A DNA stretch of 64,000 bases from Takakia lepidozioides (taxonomy: Eukaryota > Plantae > Bryophyta). The stretch lies in assembly GCA_030704615.1 (NCBI GenBank), contig CM060732.1, forward strand, positions 80,166,001-80,230,000, written 5' to 3'. Positions within the stretch are counted from its first letter, which is position 1; every line of letters starts with the position of its first letter. The translations under genes and the position numbers were made by a program. Below are positions 23,301 to 35,611 of this stretch, piece after piece. The notes beneath the pieces are model-generated. The model had not been told where the DNA came from, did not search any database, and was given only the letters and a program-made list of their open reading frames with translations.

Positions 23301-25720
23301 GCCACAAGGCTACGGCAAACAACGTCTTATGCGTACAATCTTTTTAACTTTTTCTGCACCCTCTCTCCCTTGTGGTTTGTTTATTTTTGTGAGCAACAAA
23401 AAAGAGAGGGAAAATACTTTTTGTCATGTCAAGACAAAGACAGGACCCCTAGGGTCGTTGTCATGAATAAGAAGAATAATCAGACATATCAGCCACTTAA
23501 CAGTGGCACCATCCATCAATCATCAAGCTTTAGAAAATCCAGAACTACATCCATGCACAATAATGTGTTCATGTCAGTATTATTCATAACCCAAAGAGTA
23601 TGCCACTGATGCTGATTGACCACCAGTCATGATCAGGATATACATTCAGAGGTCTGGGTGGGATGGCGGGTACTTGGCCATAGTTTGGCCTTGATGTGTT
23701 GCAGGTCAAATGGTCATACAGATTTACTGTCCGCAATCTGTAATCCAAGCATACTTATTCAAAACCCATGGGTGTCATGGAGGGTTTTCTTAAGAAATCA
23801 GAGAGAACAAAAAGAACACTTGGACATCACAAATTTTAAATACCTTGCCCTGCCAGTATTGGTTTAGACTGGTCTGTAGCACAACTTGCCCCCACAGGGG
23901 AGGTGGATATGTCTGGTAAGTTTTCCAGACTACCCCTATACCTTTATTTCTTGCTAGAGCTGAAAATCAAAGTTCATGACACAGCAAGGTAAAGATAAAG
24001 GACTACATACACATCCCGTGACAGTATATGATACTGTCAGTACACCCTTCACATCATTCCATATTTGACCATGTCATTACACCATGTCCAGGGGGTATTT
24101 CCACTTGACCACCCTGGCTGCCTCAAAAACCAGTTACCAGTTATATATTGCTGCCATATTTCATTGTCAGCCGAATATCCACAGGCAGAATCTTCACCAT
24201 ACCCTGGCCTAAGCATCTAGCTAACAAAGCCATCCGGGTTGGAATATAACAGGGGCCAACATGGGTACCCGAATAGCTGCAACAAATAGTTCCTTGCAGC
24301 CTCTCAAATTGTTTCCAACTACCATAAGGTAAGCAAAGAAAACTAGTGCCTGGAAAATAGATGGTGTCTCTCACACAAGCCATCATAAACCCGACTGTCA
24401 CAACAAAGCAGAGGTCTTCCACTGGCTGGGCCGAAAATAGCCCATCGTAGAAAGCATGTTCTTCAAAAATAAAGGAATGAAAGAGGTAGGATCAAGAAAA
24501 ACCATAGAGTAGTTTAGTTTTTCAACATTTTAAGATGAGTCCCTGGCAAGCGATTCATTCCCCTGCTCTGCAATCCCACTTGGCATCCAGCAGCACCTAG
24601 ACATCAGAATATTAAGTGGAAGCCCTCACCTGTGCCCGTCCCAAAAACAACCACAACGCATTGTGAGTTAGTGAGGATGCACGAGGTGAGTAGTAGGCTT
24701 CCACACTTGCTATCGAGGTCAAATACACTTCAATCTAAGCGCAGAAAATGCCAAAGGAAACAAGGAAGCAAAATCAACAGAAAAAGAACCTTTTTTTACT
24801 GTTTGGGGGAGAGTCACCATCTCTCCACAAGCCTAACCGTGCAGGGCCAGCAACAACACTGCTACCTTAACCAAAGCAAGATCTTGCCAAGCACAAGAAA
24901 AAAAGAGCTTGGTTTCAAAAGGTAGGGTTTATAAAGGGAGGGAGAGAGACTTCCTTGTGCCACCATTCATCAAAGATCCAGAGGAGGGCTACTAGGGAAA
25001 CGTCCTAGGCATGCAGGTGGTGCCTCCGCCATCACTGCCACGGTTCCCTTGTGCAGCAAAAAAACAGACAACTAAGACAGGGAATCTTCCCTCATCACTA
25101 AGCCACCGCCATCGCCTTAAAGAGCTCGCCCAGGCGTCGCTCACAGGAGCCATAAACACTCAACGATTGGCAGCTCAAGGTATCTACAGCACGAGTACCA
25201 TCGCTCCTCACAAGCTGCCATCGCGCGCGCTTATGCAGCGCAAAAAGAAAGACATTAGGGTTGCGCATGGTTTTCCCCTGCCTGGCCAGTCATCCATCCT
25301 TCTCTGGATGAAAAACATCCGCCAGTCTGTCCGTCCGACGGACGTTGTCCGTTTCTCATTCGTGGAAGATGAAAGACATCGTGCTTTCATCTTGTCTTGC
25401 ACTTCAACGGATGTAGTCCGTATTTCATCTAGGTTAGATGAAAAACATGGGGGATTTTTTATAAAAAAACTGTCTTGCCCTGTATTTAGGTCCTGTCAGA
25501 TGAAGTCTTTTTTTCATCCAGGTTGGATTGAAAAAGTAGAAACTGACGGGAGTTTCACAGGTTTTTTAGTGAAGAAATATTTCACTAAAAATATAGTTTA
25601 TAAAAAAAAAATTGGATAAAGAACATCCAAAATTCCCTGCAACCCAATTTTGCAATTGTTTTCAATTTCCTCAAGGATGGAAGTCGGGACAACAATTCCA
25701 TAAACCCAGTGTCCAGAGGG
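20350..25720. repeat. Large inverted repeat: arms ~20350..22610 and ~23401..25720, spacer ~0.8 kb
   Basis: Collinear reverse-complement matches at the outer ends (GGTTATGGAATTGTTGTCCCGACTTCCATC), the middle (CTGCGCTTAGATTGAAGTGTATTTGACCTCGATAGCAAGTGTGGAAGCC) and the inner ends (ACCCTAGGGGTCCTGTCTTTGTCTTGACATGACAAAAAGTAT). The right arm has a ~150-bp insertion near 25070..25220. Confidence 0.9.
22610..23330 (+). mobile_element. Internally deleted LINE 3' fragment in the spacer of the inverted repeat
   Basis: IIRPALKYGSAIW, KFKLRAGSLPLN..CNCPLCG, then an HFL..CP-like segment and the terminal motif GGGGTCAATGGCCACAAGGCTACGGCAAAC. Confidence 0.7.
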
Positions 25721-25770
25721 AGAGAGAGGGAGAGAGAGGGAGAGTTCAGGAAACAAAATGAGGCCAACTT

Positions 25771-28486
25771 GTGGGTTTGCATGACAGGTGCCAGCTTATG
25801 GGGAAAGAGAAGAAGTCCCCTGCCCCAAAGAAAGGGGCGGACAATCCGTTTGCTCTGCCGGCACGTGTGACACGCCAGGGCGTCTCACGGTTAACCAGCC
25901 TTGTCGACAGCCGCAGCCGGAGGGCTCGTCCGCCCCCTGAGGTCAGTACCCCCCCTCTTGTCCACATCTTGGATACGCCAGGGGCTGGCTCAGCCAGCTC
26001 TCCTATTCGAGAGGTTGTTGCTGAGCCGGATGCTCAGTTGAGCACACCCCCGGCCACCAAGACGGGTGAAATGTACCTTAGCAAGCATATCACCCGTTCG
26101 GGGGGCCCGGTATGGGCAACTTTTGGATGTCACCCCCATAGCAACCCCTTCCTCCGCAGCAAAGGCTGTATTTGCCAAGGCCCAACGTCAGGCTCAAGGG
26201 CCTTTGAAAGCCTCCATTGCTAGCCCATTGTTGTCGATGAGGGAGGAGGAGACGAGGAGGGCCAATGAAGTGGCCAAGATAGCGAAGCGCCCGAAGAAGT
26301 CAAGCCGGGTGAGGGCTTCTACCCTGATACGCATTTGGGGGGGGGGGGAGGAGGTATGGGCCGGTTTGGAGCGGCCTAGCCGATCAGCGACACCGCCCCT
26401 TGAGCCTGAGCGGTCAGCAAAGAAGGGCCTGGACTACGGGGCGCCGCCGCCGGCTATGCTCCACATCTGGAATCTACTTCCAGTGGCGCTCCGGGAGGGG
26501 ATAGAGCGGGCACATCCGGCAACGGGGACTCCTGCCACATCGGGTGACACCGGGGGCGAGTCGGACAAGCTTACAAAGGTACAACTGTCGCACCTTGTTC
26601 CATGTTTTATCCTTTCCTTTGCATGCATGATTTTCTTTGTTGTTTGTTTCTTTTTTGAATTTGGAGGGGTTATTTGTCTTCGGGAGGCAGCAACATGGTT
26701 GATCTCATTGGTGCAGTCCAGTGGGGTTGCCAATGAGGGAGAGCACGTGGTGTTCATGAAGGACCCGAACACCAAAGGTAAGAAGAAGAGGCCTCGACCT
26801 CCCGAGATCCATTTTACCATCAATGAGGGGGCTGCCGAAGAGAGAGAGAGAGAAGGGAGAGGGAGAAAGAGAGAGAGGAAGTAGCGGGGAAGGGGAAGGA
26901 GATGGTTGTGGAGAAGGGGAAGGAAAAGAAGAAGAAGAAGTCCCATGGAGAGGAAGGGATGAGGTGGATTCGATGCAACGTATGTGTGTAATTCACTAAT
27001 TGTTTGGGGGGGGGGGGGGGGTGGGGGTGCATAGGTATCGTGGGATGCACTCATTGCGGGAGAGACTGATGCCGCAAACAAGCCCAAATTTGACCGGGCA
27101 CGCGAAGCAATAACAGTCCGCCTTGACAAGCACGAATCCATACACAAGTGGGGCGCTGGCGGATCCAAGGGTTTTATCTTGTGATTTGTAAGTCGTACTT
27201 CCCTATGGATTTTGTTATGTCTTCTTTCTGGCTCCATCATCACGAAGAACTGACTTTAATTTGTGGCATGTGTAGCAACGCGCGTTTGAGAGGAAGCCAT
27301 CTCCGGTAGAGTACAACTACGCCAAGAAGCATGGTTGGCAATCCCTCATGAAGAACATGGCCAACACGGAGGGGGATGAGTGCACTACAGGGCACTAGTA
27401 TGGATGAGGTTGGGGGTCATGGCTAGGGATTGGATGAGAGATTTGTGGGACTTAGGGAAACGCCACCTCATTTAGGTGCTCTGGCAAAGGGCGCGGAGTC
27501 ATCACGCTCACCAGATAGCTCTGAGTCCTCCACTGAGGATGAGGATGAGGATGACTAGTCCTAGTCCATGTAGGTCCCAGGGTCAGCCTACTGAACCCTT
27601 GTGAGTTTTTCAGCTCATTTCCTATAAATATATTTCCATCTTTCCATCTTCCATCTTAATCATGTGTCGCACCGTCTCACTTCGATTCATGCTTGCTTCA
27701 ATTGTGTATCTGCTAAATCAGAGAAATGGAACTGTAAGGTCTCCCATCCCAAAAAACAAAACAGGCAAAAAAACAAAAAACCACCCCAATTCACCCCAAA
27801 ATCAACCCCAAACCCCCCCCCCCCACCAGGCTGCCCTCGCGACTGCATGACGTCGCCAATGGCAATGTTTGGGCAGGGGTTTGCAAGCCGCGACGGTCGG
27901 GCGTCGCAAAACCCATTTGTGGGCGGCAATGCCCAACACCCCTTGCAACATGTTTTTTTGGTCCGGGGGTCGCAGAGCCCGCCACCCTTCCTACGCCACG
28001 TTTTTTTTTTTTGATAAATATAAAAAACAAAGCGACGCCAAAGCGTCGCAAAAACCCACGCCCGGGCGTGGCGGAGCTTGACTCCTGTTCCTGCTGTTTT
28101 TTTTGCCACGCCCAATAGTCGCTTGCAGCGACACACTGGCGTCGCTTGGCATACCACCGGCTTACGCCACGTGTTTTGGGTTTTATGATGGGACTCCCGG
28201 GCAGACGTCGGCTGGAGGGCCGCGACGGCGAGATGTCGCTCGAAGGAGGCCCCTGCCATCGGTGCGGACGGCCTGAAAAACGACGTCCGGCAGTCGCGGG
28301 AGTTGGGGCGGGGGCTCGCGACCCCATACGTCGCATTTTTGCGACGTCATTTTGGCGATGCCCATGCGACGGCCGGGCGACAGCCGGGCGTCGCAAATTC
28401 TGCACCCGCCCCCTGCTCGAAATCGGCGTTTTCCCGACGCTGCGACGTGGCTCGGGCGTCGCAAATGCCCCCATTTTCCTGTAGTG
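25771..28486 (+). mobile_element. Right part of a second CACTA element with a TnpA-like gene remnant; left end not found
   Basis: Terminus ..CCATTTTCCTGTAGTG at 28486 (reverse complement CACTACAGGAAAATGG). Dense GCGAC/GTCGC subterminal repeats at 27838..28470. Remnant exons WDALIAG..FDRAREA..HKWGAGGSKGF|intron|QRAFERKPSPVE at 27034..27330. Confidence 0.75.
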
Positions 28487-28617
28487 CATAGAGGCAAGTG
28501 TTACTATCAGTCCCCTTTATTCCACTTGATTTAGTGACACTCACCATGCATAGAGTAGAGCAGTTTCATTTGGCGCTGATTCTAGAGTGGTCCAGGAATT
28601 AGCGTGGTCCAGGAGTT

Positions 28618-28844
28618 AAAAGAGGGGGCCAATGTATTAAGGCCACTTGTATTATTTAATGAAATGAAGGGTCCAAAAATTAAGGATTGACTTTCTAGCG
28701 TGGACTTTCTAGATAGTTCTAGATCTAGCTGACTTTTTAGATATTTCTAGTTCTAGTTGACTTTCAAGTTTCTAGATAGTTCTACTAATATGTCGGTCCG
28801 GTGAGAAGCAACTGACTAGTTGCTTGTAACTTGTGTCTTCAACA
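28618..28844 (+). mobile_element. Possible polypurine tract plus short LTR remnant (TG...CA)
   Basis: AAAAGAGGGGGCCAA followed by TGTATT.. at 28633, internal TTCTAG repeats, ending TCTTCAACA at 28844. Confidence 0.35.
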
Positions 28845-29759
28845 TGCTGGCACAGGCACTAGTAGCGTGTCTCACTAGTGGTTTGAGAGCCAGAGCCAGC
28901 GTGAGTAGTTGGTTGCTATGTTGGGGGTCGGGCCAGATATGGCAGGTAGGATCAAAGTGGCTGCAAGAGGGAAAGACAAGGTGGTGGAGGGTGCACATAA
29001 GTTTATAGAGGCAAGTGTTACTATCGGCGTGAGTAGGTATCGACGTCAAATCAGGTCCCCTTTATTCCACTTGTTCACATATTACTATGCATTTTAGTGA
29101 CTGGTGGCTTCTTATATAGCAACCTCCAGTAGGTTGACTCTCGGTTCTCATTTCTGCAACTCTTGCGTTACCCACTTTCAAATTTTCTATACTTTATTAA
29201 TAAAGTTTGACGCTCGACCATCCAACAATTAAAAGAAATCTCAATATGTAACACAGTGAAAGTTCATGGGTTTTCATGACGTGGCCCTTTTTTTGCGCCG
29301 GAATTATCTACCGGCTCAAGCAATACTTCGCCTGAGCTGGGATTCAAGTAGGAATTAAAATCTCTGCCTGCATTTTGGTTAGAAATCAGAAATTATTTTT
29401 GGAGGTAGTAGGAAATCATTCAAGGAACAATGTTCCAATGCCAATTTGGACCCCTATGGCTGAATTACAGGTCATGGTGCTTTTTGACCCCACTGTTTTC
29501 CCATACAAAGCAACCCTATGCAGATTTTGGAATTGTGCTTTGCAAATTTGGGGCAAGATGCTTTAGGTGCCTGTGAATTGGAATGTGGTTGGGGTCTTGC
29601 AAGGAAAAAATATTTTTTCGGACCAAGAGCCTGGTCAAACAATATTTCCCTCTAAAATTGGAGTACACTACAGATTTAGGGCTTACCATTTTGTTATAAT
29701 CCTAATGACACGGTAAAATGGGCTGGAATTTTTACAGCGGGTGCATGAGGTACGTAGCC

Positions 29760-30190
29760 TTCCTTTCATACGGTTCATCCCTGTCGATGTTTGTTAGCTG
29801 GGAGATATACCCTCATCCGTGAGGGTATGTGCTGTTTTGGAGTGGGCCCACCAAAAACAGCCTCGTCCTTCAAGTTTCGCCCCACCATCTCCATCACCCT
29901 TGTGTCACTCCAATTGCCCGGAAATCGGCGGTCTAACTCACGGGCATACGTCCGCTTCGTGCCAAAGTGCTGATCAGCCCACTCGATGTGCAAAGGGAAC
30001 CACCTCAATGCGAGTTCGAAGGTTGGCTTCGTTATAGCCTCCCAGAACGCACCGCAGGGATCACCATGGCAATCTTTGCCAACTCCACGTCCTGTATCGC
30101 CAAGGACATGTTCTTCTTCCCACCCTCTCCCTTCTTTGTAGCCTCCTTCCCCTACTCCTTTGTTACCCCACTGCCCTCCCCCGCATGCAA
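29760..30190 (-). pseudogene. Possible TnpA-like transposon gene fragment
   Basis: WFPLHIEWADQ..K..YARELDRRFPGNW..VMEMVGRNLK weakly resembles the N-terminal part of the 7951..8835 protein. Confidence 0.35.
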
Positions 30191-31043
30191 CATACCCTAG
30201 TATTTGTTGAGCAGATTCCAGGAGTAATGTAGGGACGCATGCGATGCGATTCGTCCTGTCGTGTCTTCAGCGGGTCCCCTGTCAAATCTTCCCCATTCCC
30301 CTTGTCCATACTTGAGAGTGCAAGAGGTTGCTTAGTTGCTAAGCAACGGTGACCAATTTATTAGATGATGCTATTAGGTGATGGAGGCGACGAGGCATAT
30401 GGTTCCATTCTTAATGGGTGGGTAGCATCACCTGGTCCATGTCACCCCAACTTTGGTGATTTGTGTTACTCCATGTCTCGTGTAACCCCTCTTAGTATTT
30501 TTTATACTTAGCCAAATTTGGACTCGATTGGAGTGTAACTCCGTACCATGTCACCCTGATCATATCACCCCCAATCTGTGTCACTCCCATGAAGATTTGA
30601 CATGCCGGAAGCTTGCATACTATGCTGTCAGAGATCTCACATGTGCATCCAATGTTTTTCTTTATTGCTGCATCCATTGGGATCTCTTCCTTTGACCCCA
30701 TGATTTGAAGATACTTCAAAAAAGTCCTACCATCTGTCAGCAGATCATGTTGCCTCTTGAATTCCAAGCTTTCCATTTTTCAAACTCCGATTTCTTTGCA
30801 ATTTTCTCCTTCAACCCTTCTTTTCTTTGAGCTTCTCCACTGCCCTCACTGCCACTTTTAGGGCTGTTACACCCCACACTAGCATTATCTCAAGGGAGGA
30901 AAAAAAAGAAAAAAGAAAAAAGAAAAAAGGAAAAACCCCAAGGATGAGGTGCCTCCCAACAGATGAAAGTACTTGGATGCGGAGTAACGGGGCAGAGCAG
31001 TCATCACCCTGAGCAAAAGACCCGGAGTTTCAGAGGTCGTGCT

Positions 31044-31051
31044 AAACCCTA
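31044..31051 (+). promoter_or_regulatory. Telo-box-like motif (AAACCCTA) ~100 bp upstream of the UTP18 start
   Basis: Motif seen directly; telo boxes are typical of plant ribosome-biogenesis promoters. Confidence 0.45.
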
Positions 31052-31150
31052 GAGCTTGGCTGTGCTGCAAACTGTGGAGGTTTCGAAGATTCACTGCCGG
31101 TCTCTTTTGTCTCACGCTGACCCTAAGTAGCTCTGCTTGCATTCACCAAA

Positions 31151-33919
31151 ATGCAGGCCAGTGAAGAAGCGCCCTCAGGGAAGAAGCGGAAGCGGGACTC
31201 AGCTGGGTTGCGGCTACTCAAGAAGGAGGCTGCGGAAGCATCCCGCCTGCACAGCCTTTTATTTGGGAAGTTGGAAGAGGCAAATAATGTTGGTCAGGAG
31301 ATTGTTGTGGTGAGCTCCTGTTTGGCTGGTCAGCGGGCCGTTTGGAGATGAATTGCTTGGGCTGATAGGACTATGGAGTGGGTTAGATTTTGTAAGAGTG
31401 AACTGAAAGCAACGGACGAGTACATGTTTCAGCCCTTTTAGCTCTTTTGGTCCAAAGCCAAAGGTTGTCCTCTTTCTTGCCCCTTTTCTGTTCCTGTTTG
31501 TGACTTGTCATGGACGGTCTCAGTTATCTTTTCGATGACTTCCCTTTTCCTACTCTTAATTGTCCTCAGAAGATCTCATGGACATATCGTGGATGGCGCT
31601 TTCCTGACACTACTCCGCCGGAGGAGAATCTGGAAGCTTAACTTTCTGCTTGGCCTATGGCTGCCTATGAAACTTTCACCATTGTGAACAATGGAAAGCA
31701 AGTGATACCTTCTTGGGGATGGTTGGACAGCTGGTTCCTGCATAAATCATGAAGCCTACGCCTTGGGTTCTGGGCTTGGTGACTTGGAAGCTTATTGGGC
31801 TCTCAGCACCAGACAATTGCCATAATGTGGGGGGCTTCTGCCAACTGGCGGACAGAAACTCAGCCCTAAGTTGCAATAACAGTTTTGCACAGCCAGCTAC
31901 AATGTGGTCATGGGGAAGTGACTATTGACTTACTGGTTGCTTAGGACAGCATGCTAGAAAACCGGATGAATCCACAACCACCCCAGTTGTTCAATCTGTG
32001 ATACATGGTTATGATCGTATTGCCAGGGACAATTGTATCCCGAAAAGGTGGGGCTGTGACAGGAAAAGAGAGAGCACCTTTAGGCTTGATTTTCCTCCCT
32101 GTTTGCATGATAGGAATTGATCTGGAATACTCATACGTGCGTTTCTCTCAGAAAGCTGCAGATGTTGGAAAGAAGAGGCCAGTCTGGGAAGATGAAGAAG
32201 ATGTCAATACTTCAGTGAGAGTCGCTACAGTAAGCCGGCTTCGAAAGCTGCGGATAGATGATGGAGAGGAAACTCTATCAGGTCAGACATATGCCACAAG
32301 GCTACGGGCACAGCACTCGAAACTCAATCCAGGAACCACATGGGCGGAGCTTCCATGGGAGAGGAAACTGAGAGGAAGAGGTAGCAGTGATGGCAATGAC
32401 ACCATTGATTCAGGTATTGCTGTGCTGATACAATCACAATGGATGGTTTTTGATGTACTCCTGTGATGACCAAGTCATACCATGGTCTGGATATGTGATA
32501 GGCTCTATAGCATTTGGATCCTTTGGCACAGGTTCTTAACAAGGTTGTCAAATGGATATGTTTTCACCTTTAGGAAATCATCATGAGAAATTGAGGCCAA
32601 ACCTTCAAGAGGTCATTGTGTGGATCTTCATTCCATGTATGCGGCCTGATAATGTTGGCGGTAACAGATCCCGTTAAACTGGATTGGGGACTGTGTCTGA
32701 GGTGGTTGAAAGAATGTACTCATAAACGCTGCGTGCTGTAGCTGTGTCTTGTCCAATTACTTATCATTGTGTAACAGGTGAAGCGTCAGGGTTGGAGGAG
32801 GAGGAACAAGATGCAGGTGCCAGGTATCTAGAGGGACTCGGAGGAGAAACGAAGGATGCGTATTTGGCCAGAGACAATGAAGGTTCAGCTTATGGGGCAA
32901 CCTCATTACTACAGTATAGTGAACATGTTGTCAAGAGCAAGTCCCGGCTTCCACAAGGGTTGCTTGAAATATCTCAAATGCGAGATGCAAACAGTGTGGA
33001 GCCCTCGAAAGGTGTTGTCCAATCTGTTGATTTCCACCAGAATGCCCAGCTGCTCTTGACTGCAGGATTCGACAAGAAATTGCGGTTTTTTCAGATTGAT
33101 GGAAAGAGGAACCCCAAAGTTCAGAGCATTTTCTTGCAAGACTTTCCTGTTCACAAAGCAGCTTTTGTTCCAGATGGATCTGGCGTAGTTGCTGCCGGCC
33201 GGCGAAATTTCTTCTTTGTTTATGATTTAGAGGCTGGCCGAGTGGACAGGGTTAATTGTGTTATCGGCCGTGAAGAAAAGAGCCTTGAAAGCTTTGAAGT
33301 CTCGCCGGATAGCAAAGTGGTGGCCATTTTAGGAAATGAGGGCTATATTATTCTTGTCTCTCTCCGAACAAAACAGTCCATTGGCACTCTGAAGATGAAT
33401 GGAAGTGTAAGGGCGGTTTCCTTTGCTGCTGAGGGGCAGGAGTTGGTGACTACTGGGGGAGATGGAGAGGTTTATCACTGGGATTTGAGGTCTCGCCGGT
33501 GTTTCCATAAAGGGCGAGATGAAGGGTGTGTGAAAAGCACAGCGCTGGAAGTGTCTCCCAATAGTCAGTTTTTTGCAACGGGACAAGGAAGTGGGGTTGT
33601 AAATCTCTATAATAGGGATGGGTTTCTGGGAGGAGTGACAAGGCCTTTAAAGGCTGTTATGAACCTTACAACCAGCATCGATGAATTGAAGTTCAATTGT
33701 GACTCACAAATTCTGGCCATCTGTTCTCGAATGAAGAAGGATGCCTTCCGGTTGGTGCATTTGCCGTCATATACAGTGTTCTCAAACTGGCCGTCACCGA
33801 AAACCCCTCTTCAGTATGTCCACTCAATGGCTTTCAGCCCCGGTGGAGGGTATTTTGCTGCTGGAAACGCTGCTGGCAGAGTTCTTCTCTACAGGCTTCA
33901 CCACTATAACTACGCTTGA
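31151..33919 (+). CDS. UTP18: U3 small nucleolar RNA-associated protein 18 (WD40); exons ~31151..31309, 32152..32413, 32778..33919
   Basis: PVWEDEED..RLRKLR..Y..RLRAQHSKLNPGTTWA; DAN..PS..VVQSVDFH..QLLLTAGFDKKLRFFQIDGKRNPK; RLVHLPSYTVFSNWP; FSPGGGYFAAGNAAGRVLLYRLHHY. GT-AG junctions keep the frame. Confidence 0.95.
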
Positions 33920-33931
33920 TTAGACTGTAGG

Positions 33932-33961
33932 TCTCTCTCTCTCTCTCTCTCTCCCTCCTCT
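33932..33961. repeat. (CT)n microsatellite in the UTP18 3' UTR
   Basis: Seen directly. Confidence 0.85.
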
Positions 33962-35611
33962 CCTGGTGTATGCATTTGAGACCATCTAGAGTTGAACTCC
34001 TCTACAAGTGGGACCGGCTTTTAGGGAGGGGGTGCATACAGCTGTTTCTCATGGCATGTCAACTGGCATTTACAAAAGCCTCTCACCATCTAGTTGTTAT
34101 TTCTTTCTATTCATAGTGACGCAGGCCCAATATGTAGTATGCCAATACTTCATTGCAAAGTGATTGATCTTATTTGTAAATCTTTGTCTCACAGTTGTTG
34201 TGATACCAAACTTTATTTACTCACATTTACATTGAATACCATAAGCCCCCACTGATAAAATTATCATCCCTTCGCTCACTCACACTCAAATTTGTTGCAG
34301 GAATGAGTTGCTTTCGACAAGCTGGTCCATAAACAAGCCCAAAACGAAAGGTCAAATGCATAACACCGTATTTGAATCCACAAATGGTTATAGTGGGGCA
34401 GATAGAATTGGACATACAATTCACATATGGCTAGAAAATGACGACAAAATTTCCTATTTAAAGTGAAATCCATCAGTGCTCTGGGAGACAGGCCAGTATT
34501 ACAAGAAGATTCTTGGTCACTGATTGAAGAGGAAAGTAACTTTGTTTATTAACAAACACAATTTGCCACTGTTGACTGGATTCCAAAATCCAAAAGAGTC
34601 ACTAGGGTTCTTCCAGCTTGAAGAAATTTGTGGTCAGCGACTCTACATTTTGGGTTCATGAACTGGTGTAGCTCTGTAGCAGACATCATGATGTCAAGCT
34701 CTGAAGCTGGATGGGCTTTGTAACTAACCATGGCTAGGTGGCAGACCTGCAAAAGGAAAATGACCGAAAGGGGTATATGTTTTTATGAACAGCCAGATGC
34801 CTGTTGGCATCTGACCAAGCATATTACAACATCGATTGGCTAATACCAGTTTTACACTAGAAAGTGGCGGGAAGGAACTGATAGAATCCATCATTCTCCT
34901 ACTAACTATGGCTGAGATGAAATAAATAGGTGAGACAAAGGTTGAAACACTATACAGGGTCAGGGGAGTATGCAAAACAGCATCTTTGGTTGAAGTAAAA
35001 GCTCTCTAAGTGGGATAAACCTTCCCTAGTGAAGTACTAGTCTATTATTGAATGCAATATGGAACATCTCATGGTCCAGTGAATGTCCCCTAACAAGGGG
35101 CCTCACCGTACTTTCCAGATTGCCCCCAAAAAACTTCTCCAAAAATGTTTTCGCTTCTAAGAAGATGCGGCAGCATTTGCCAATGCCCTATGACCAAAAC
35201 TGGGGTAGCCTGACATTATGAAGACTTGAACAGGCATTATGATACAAGTTGAATTTCCCAGCCCAAATGGAGAGTGAAGAATAATACTTGGAACTTCAGA
35301 TCAAGGATTCCTGTAGCTCTGATAGCCTCCTTTCTGTACTCTGTACATAATCCAGAGTTCTTCAAAGGTCTGTGGTGCATAACAAACAATGAATCAATCT
35401 ACCAAAGTTTGAGAAGGAAGATTGACCAGCAGTTGCCAATACAGCCTAGAATGATCCCACCTTCAGTTCAAAGCGATCGAAAAAATGCTGACACTTGCAT
35501 GAAGAAGACATAGCATAAGAAGAAAGGAAAGGGAGGGGGTAAAGGCTGAATGGAGAAACCTTAGATGCAGAGCCTATGAAGCCGTCACAGCTTTTACATC
35601 TCATGACCTTG

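Noticed and set aside
27383-27392. CACTACAGG as the left TIR of the second CACTA element
   Set aside because: The match stops after 9 bp, the flank (GTG) differs from the right flank (CAT), there are no subterminal repeats, and it lies inside a coding remnant.
31570-31650. Extra UTP18 exon after a CAG acceptor
   Set aside because: The in-phase reading hits a stop, and exon 1 splices in frame to 32152 without it; unsupported without transcripts.
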